From: Candidatus Hydrogenedentota bacterium
Lineage (GTDB): Bacteria; Hydrogenedentota; Hydrogenedentia; Hydrogenedentales; SLHB01
Assembly: GCA_034408725.1 (NCBI GenBank)
Contig: JAWXCN010000196.1
Span: 1-10,167 of the forward strand
DNA: 10,167 bases
Reading direction: 5' to 3'
The position numbers were made by a program, and so were the translations under genes. Below are positions 5,720 to 10,167 of the stretch, in pieces (position 1 is the first letter of the stretch; each line of letters begins with the position of its first letter). The notes under the pieces are model-generated. The model did no database searches. It was not told where the DNA came from and saw nothing but the letters and a program-made list of their open reading frames with translations.

Positions 5720-6745
5720 CTGCCGGCGAGGCAACTCAAAGAACTCGATGGCCGCACCAAAGCCGCGGTATTTCTCGCGTGTTTGGGGCCGAAGATTGCC
5801 AGCCGCGTACTCGCCAAACTGGGCGAAGACGAAATCGAGCAACTTACGCTCGACCTTTCGAGCCTGGGAGCGGTCGAACCGGAAGTGCGCGAGAAGATCG
5901 TCGAAGAATTCCACCAGATGTATCTCGCGAACCGGTACGTGACCGCGGGGGGCGTTGACTACGCGCGAAATCTCCTCGAAGCCGCGCTCGGCCCAGAGCG
6001 CGCAATGGAAATGCTCACAAAGTTGCAGAGCAGCCTGACCGAAGTGCCATTCGAGTTCTTAAAACGCGCCGACCCTTCCCAGATATGCACCTTCATTCAG
6101 GACGAGCATCCTCAGACGATCTCGCTCATCCTCGCGCATCTGTCACCAAAGGTGTCAAGCGTGGTGCTGTCGGCACTGCCGCAGGACGTGCGCGCCGAAA
6201 TTATCGTTCGCATTGCAAGCATGGACCGCACGCCGCCAGAAATTGTGCGCGAAGTCGAGCGCGTACTCGAACGCAAAATGGCCAACGTCTTCAGCCAGGG
6301 TTTTACGTTCGCGGGCGGCGTGAAAGAGGTCGCGGAAATATTGAACAACATAGACCGCGGCTCCGAAAAGGCAATCATGACGGCGTTGGAGGAGCGCGAC
6401 CCGGAACTCGCGGAAGAAATCGCGCGGCTAATGTTTACGTTCGATGACTTAATCAAGGTCGAAGACAGCGGCATACAGAAAGCGTTGCGGGAGATCGATC
6501 AACGCGATCTGGCATTGGCCCTTAAAACGGCGCACGACGACCTCGCGGGGAAAATCCTGCGCAACATGTCCGAGCGCGCGCGCACGATGATCCAGGAAGA
6601 AATGGAGTACATGGGCCCGGTCAAGTTGAAAAACGTCGAAGAGGCCCAAATGAAAATCGTGAGCATCATCCGGCGCCTCGAAGATTCAGGCGACATCGCG
6701 ATTAACCGCGGCGGAGCCGGTGGCGGCGACGAGATCGTAGTGTAG
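5720..6745 (+). CDS. fliG: Flagellar motor switch protein FliG (apparent CTG start)
   Basis: GGVDYA, EHPQTISLILAHL, GGVKEVAEILN and MFTFDDL motifs. The conserved N-terminal LDGRTKAAVFLACLG lies upstream of the track's TTG at 5783. CTG at 5720 sits 7 nt after GAGGAG. Confidence 0.95.
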   Translation: MPARQLKELDGRTKAAVFLACLGPKIASRVLAKLGEDEIEQLTLDLSSLGAVEPEVREKIVEEFHQMYLANRYVTAGGVDYARNLLEAALGPERAMEMLTKLQSSLTEVPFEFLKRADPSQICTFIQDEHPQTISLILAHLSPKVSSVVLSALPQDVRAEIIVRIASMDRTPPEIVREVERVLERKMANVFSQGFTFAGGVKEVAEILNNIDRGSEKAIMTALEERDPELAEEIARLMFTFDDLIKVEDSGIQKALREIDQRDLALALKTAHDDLAGKILRNMSERARTMIQEEMEYMGPVKLKNVEEAQMKIVSIIRRLEDSGDIAINRGGAGGGDEIVV

Positions 6746-6764
6746 GCGCGGGCAAATAACGCGC

Positions 6765-7409
6765 ATGTCCAGGATATTCAAAACGGCGTCGCCTCCGGTG
6801 AGCAAGACACGCCGGACGGAACGAAACGTCGCCGCCTATGATCGGCCGGATTTGAACCGGAATCCTGCGCTCGACACCGACGCGCTCGAAGGCGAATCGG
6901 CCGTGGGCCGCGCGGAGCGCCTGTACCAGGAAGCCTATGCCGCGGGACTCCAGCAGGGAGAAGCCGCCGGCCTTCAACAGTTTCGCGACAACGTGGGCGA
7001 AGCGCATCGCGCGCTCGAGAGCGCGTCCGTGGCGTTGCGCCAGGCGCACGAACAGTTCCTCGATTCACTCGAACCACAGCTTGTCGAGTTGGCAAAGACT
7101 GTGGCGGCCCGCGTGATTCGGCGCGAAGCGCGGGCGGACCCTGACCTCGTGCGGCGGACAGTGCGCGCGGCCCTGGAGAACCTCGCGGATCGCCAACACG
7201 CCGTGATTCATCTCAATCCCGGCGACATCAAGTCACTGACCGAGCGCGGCGTGTCCCTCGATGACGAGTTCCGATCATTCGATCGTGTCGAAATCATTCC
7301 GGACGACGGCGTACCGCACGGGGGCTGTACGATTGAAACGAAGACGGTAGACATCGATGCGCGGTTGGACACGCAATTGATGCGCATCTTCGACGCGCTC
7401 GAGGAATAG
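6765..7409 (+). CDS. fliH: Flagellar assembly protein FliH
   Basis: AYAAGLQQGEAAG (AxxxGxxxG repeats), IHLNPGD, GGCTIET...IDARLDTQL. Located between fliG and fliI. Confidence 0.92.
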   Translation: MSRIFKTASPPVSKTRRTERNVAAYDRPDLNRNPALDTDALEGESAVGRAERLYQEAYAAGLQQGEAAGLQQFRDNVGEAHRALESASVALRQAHEQFLDSLEPQLVELAKTVAARVIRREARADPDLVRRTVRAALENLADRQHAVIHLNPGDIKSLTERGVSLDDEFRSFDRVEIIPDDGVPHGGCTIETKTVDIDARLDTQLMRIFDALEE

Positions 7410-7413
7410 CGGC

Positions 7414-8727
7414 ATGACACTGTCGCTTCAGCGCCGCACCGAACGCGTCATGGCCGCGCGGCCCATTGCCGTCTACGGGAAGATCGTGGACGTGGTCGGC
7501 CTGACCATCGAAGCGACAGGCCCGCCGATGCACATTGGGGACCTCTGTTATATCCGCCCGCCGCGCGGCGGCGAGACCGTCCCGGCTGAAGTCGTCGGGT
7601 TTCGCGGCGCGCGTGTCTTACTGATGCCGCTCGGCGACATGGCGGGCATCGCCCCGAACAGCCTCGTGGAGCCCACGTTTCGCCCGCAGTCGGTGCGGGT
7701 TGGGTTGGAACTCCTCGGGCGGGTAATCGGCAGCATGGGCACTCCGCTCGATGGCGGTCCATTGCCGGCCTGCGCGGCCCAGATTCCGTTGTCCGCCTCT
7801 CCTCCATCTCCCATGCGCCGAAGCCGGATTACAGAACCCATCGGCACCGGCATTCGCGCGATCGATGGGTGCGTGACAATCGGCAAGGGACAACGCGTCG
7901 GCATACTCGCGGGGAGCGGGGTCGGCAAGAGCAAACTGATTGGAATGATCGCGCGCAACACAAACGCGGACATCAATGTGATAGCGCTGGTCGGTGAACG
8001 CGGACGCGAAGTGCGCGAGTTCATCGAAGCGGACCTCGGGCGGGAAGGCCTGGCACGGTCCGTGGTAGTCGTTGCGACATCCGACGAACCCGCACTGATG
8101 CGTATCAAGGGCGCGCTGGTCGCCACGGCAATCGCGGAGTGGTTTCGCGAACAAGGCGCCGACGTGCTGTTGATGATGGACAGCGTAACCCGCTTCGCAA
8201 TGGCGCAGCGCGAAGTAGGCCTCGCCGTTGGCGAACCACCAACCACGCGCGGCTATCCCCCATCGGTCTACGCAGTGTTGCCGAAACTGCTCGAACGCGC
8301 AGGCACCTCGGATAAAGGCAGCATCACGGGTATCTACACGGTGCTCGTCGAGGCGGACGATCTGAATGATCCCGTCGGCGACGCCGTGCGCAGCATTTTG
8401 GACGGCCATATATCGCTGTCGCGCGCGCTTGCGAGCCGCAACCATTATCCCGCAATCGACGTGTTGGAAAGCGTGAGCCGGTGTATGATGGACATCACCC
8501 CGGAAACGCACCGGTTGCTCGCGGGCGAATTGCGGCGCGTGCTGGCAACGTACCGGGACGCCGAAGACCTCGTCAACATCGGCGCGTACGTCGAAGGAAG
8601 TAATCCCGACATTGATCGGTCCATTCGGCTGATTCCTACGGTGCGCCGGTACCTTCAGCAGGGCATCGGCGAATCGACGAAACTGGCCGACATTCAAGCA
8701 CAATTGCACAAGGCCTTGAAGGGATAG
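7414..8727 (+). CDS. fliI: Flagellar export ATPase FliI
   Basis: Walker A AGSGVGKS, LVGERGREV, Walker B LLMMDSVTRFAMAQRE, GEPPTTRGYPPS, ILDGHISLSR, YPAIDVLESVSR. Confidence 0.97.
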   Translation: MTLSLQRRTERVMAARPIAVYGKIVDVVGLTIEATGPPMHIGDLCYIRPPRGGETVPAEVVGFRGARVLLMPLGDMAGIAPNSLVEPTFRPQSVRVGLELLGRVIGSMGTPLDGGPLPACAAQIPLSASPPSPMRRSRITEPIGTGIRAIDGCVTIGKGQRVGILAGSGVGKSKLIGMIARNTNADINVIALVGERGREVREFIEADLGREGLARSVVVVATSDEPALMRIKGALVATAIAEWFREQGADVLLMMDSVTRFAMAQREVGLAVGEPPTTRGYPPSVYAVLPKLLERAGTSDKGSITGIYTVLVEADDLNDPVGDAVRSILDGHISLSRALASRNHYPAIDVLESVSRCMMDITPETHRLLAGELRRVLATYRDAEDLVNIGAYVEGSNPDIDRSIRLIPTVRRYLQQGIGESTKLADIQAQLHKALKG

Positions 8728-8733
8728 CGCGGC

Positions 8734-9192
8734 ATGCCACGCCCCTGGGATAAATATGCAACCCTGTTGCGGGTGCGCGAGCGCCAGGAACGCCTGAAAG
8801 CCCAGGTGCTGGGCGAAGCGCGCCGGGAAATTCGATTCGCCGAAGCCCAGCGCGAGGCGCTGGCGGAGGAACAACGCCGCGTGCTGGAAGAGGCGGGCGT
8901 CGCCGCGGGACACACCGTGGACGCGCGCAAGGCGCAGGCATTGATTCACTATGAACGTCATATCGCCCGGCGGGCCGTAGACAAGGACGCGGAAATTCAC
9001 GGGTTGCGCGCCGTTGAAGAACGGAAACGCATCGACTTGGAAGAGGCGATGAAACGGCGCAAGATCGTCGAACGTCTCACGGAGCGCGTGCGCCTGACAT
9101 ACCTCGAACACGTGCGTAAGGAAGAACAGAAACAGTTCGATGAAACGGCATCTGTCCAGGCCGCGCTGGAACGCAAGGCGGCGCGCACATGA
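8734..9192 (+). CDS. fliJ: Flagellar export protein FliJ
   Basis: 152-aa charged coiled-coil after fliI, with LLRVRERQE N-terminus and EEQKQFDE C-terminus. Confidence 0.85.
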   Translation: MPRPWDKYATLLRVRERQERLKAQVLGEARREIRFAEAQREALAEEQRRVLEEAGVAAGHTVDARKAQALIHYERHIARRAVDKDAEIHGLRAVEERKRIDLEEAMKRRKIVERLTERVRLTYLEHVRKEEQKQFDETASVQAALERKAART

Positions 9193-9767
9193 GACTGTAT
9201 TTTGTACTCACCATGTCGCTGTTCGCCGGTGTCGCAGTCCTCATCGCCGCGGTTTACCTGTCGGGAGCGCTGACCAAAGAAGGCTTGCGAAAACTACTTG
9301 ATGTAGAACCGGCCGCGGTGGTAGAAACAGTGGAACCTGCCTCCGAAGCGCAAATTTCCGAAGTCGTGAAAGCGCTTAACGAACGGGAACTGGAACTGAA
9401 CGATCGCGAAGCGGCATTGAAGACCGAAGCCGCCCGCGTCGAAGCAACACGCGTACAGTTAGAAGAGTTGCGCACGGTGCTCCGCGATCTCGTCGCCGAC
9501 GCCACCCAATCGCTCGACGAAGCCGATTCGGATAGACAAGAACGGCTGCAAAACGTGGCCCTGTCGCTCGGCGCGATGAAAGCGCAGCAAGCCGCGGAAG
9601 CAATTGGCGCATGGGCGCCGGAAGACGCCGCGGTGGTGTTGCAAATGATTGAAGAACGCGCGCGCGGAAAAATTCTCGACAACCTTTCGCCCGACGAGGC
9701 CGCGGCAATCCTTCGCGCAATGGAAAACGTAAGTCTTGTAGAGGCTCCAGCCGAGACCCCAGAGTAA
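9189..9767 (+). CDS. YlxF/MotE/FlbB-like flagellar protein (N-terminal TM, coiled coil, MgtE_N-like domain)
   Basis: Hydrophobic N-terminus, LNERELELNDREAALK coiled coil and AMKAQQAAEAI...AAVVLQMIEERARGKILDNLSPDEAAAI. ATGA overlap with fliJ. Same position as ylxF in the Bacillus fla/che operon. Confidence 0.82.
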   Translation: MRLYFVLTMSLFAGVAVLIAAVYLSGALTKEGLRKLLDVEPAAVVETVEPASEAQISEVVKALNERELELNDREAALKTEAARVEATRVQLEELRTVLRDLVADATQSLDEADSDRQERLQNVALSLGAMKAQQAAEAIGAWAPEDAAVVLQMIEERARGKILDNLSPDEAAAILRAMENVSLVEAPAETPE

Positions 9768-9784
9768 AGTATCTCCCCCGCTAA

Positions 9785-9900
9785 TTCGTCCTCGTGCTCT
9801 GACTCTGCCTTTGACGCCTACTCCTACTCGTGCTCGTGCTCGTGCTCGTAATCGTAATCGTAATCGTAATCGTAATCGCCAATCGTAATCGCCAATCGCC
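9785..9900 (+). repeat. Degenerate hexanucleotide tandem array
   Basis: TTCGTC CTCGTG CTCTGA CTCTGC CTTTGA CGCCTA CTCCTA (CTCGTG)x3 CTCGTA (ATCGTA)x4 ATCGCCA ATCGTA ATCGCCA ATCGCC. Confidence 0.9.
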
Positions 9901-10004
9901 CCGCAGTCAGCAGCAATTCCCCATTTTCCCACTTCACACGGCCGCCAACTGCCGCCATGTGTTTTGGATACCCCAACAGCTTCAAAAGAAAGGAGGTGAA
10001 TCAT

Positions 10005-10167
10005 GTGCAAATCACGACAATTGATGTTCGCGCTGAAAACGTAGAAGCCAAACCGTCCAAAAACAAAAAGGACGGTGGCAGTGTTGAGTCGGTTTTTGCT
10101 TCGCTCTTTGCGAACGCGAAACACGAAACAGCGCCAGCGCGAAAACTACGCTCCGGCGATTTGGAAG
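10005..10167 (+). CDS. Probable flagellar hook-length control protein FliK, N-terminal fragment
   Basis: Strong SD AGGAGGTGA (9991-9999). GTG 10005 opens MQITTIDVRAENVEAKPSKNKKDGGSVESVFASLFANAKHETAPARKLRSGDLE... to the window edge. The FliK call rests on gene order (fliJ-ylxF-fliK) and a disordered-looking N-terminus only. Confidence 0.55.
   Translation, partial: MQITTIDVRAENVEAKPSKNKKDGGSVESVFASLFANAKHETAPARKLRSGDLE

Noticed and set aside
7909-7947. Unusual Lys after Walker A in FliI (GKSK)
   Set aside because: That position varies among export ATPases, and all catalytic motifs are intact.
7618-9111. 497-aa antisense ORF
   Set aside because: It lies opposite fliI/fliJ and has no recognisable motifs. 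It is a typical stop-poor shadow of GC-rich coding sequence.
9785-9900. CRISPR array
   Set aside because: The units are 6-7 nt with no spacers, and there are no cas genes.
9955-9990. Sigma-54 promoter before fliK (TGGATACCCCAACAGC)
   Set aside because: GG-to-GC spacing is 12, not 10.
9830-10024. ORF MLVLVLVIVIVIVIV... and the antisense RLRLRL/RARARA ORF 9459..10124
   Set aside because: These are dipeptide translations of the hexamer array. I saw no RBS, and the apparent TM segment is a repeat artefact.

Overview
GC-rich bacterial window with two divergent blocks. The minus strand (1-1832) carries a translationally coupled three-gene cassette: a winged-helix-like hypothetical protein followed by two paralogous 86-aa DUF5985-like membrane proteins. 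Downstream of it is a GalE-like NAD-dependent epimerase that runs off the left edge and is missing from the ORF track. The plus strand (2448-10167) is the start of a flagellar basal-body/export operon: flgB-flgC-fliE-[extra FliF N-terminus-like ORF]-fliF-fliG-fliH-fliI-fliJ-ylxF/motE-like-probable fliK (partial). It is preceded by a well-formed sigma-54 -24/-12 promoter with candidate enhancer and IHF sites. The most notable observations are a 'mini-FliF' paralog (TM plus first ring-building domain only) directly upstream of fliF, a pair of NrdR-box-like 17-bp repeats at the flgB/flgC junction, and an apparent CTG start codon for fliG. Others are a structured flgB leader, a candidate ~160-nt structured RNA in the divergent intergenic region, a drifting hexamer array before fliK, and competing ATG/GTG starts at fliK. 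All family assignments come from motif recognition by eye; no searches were run.
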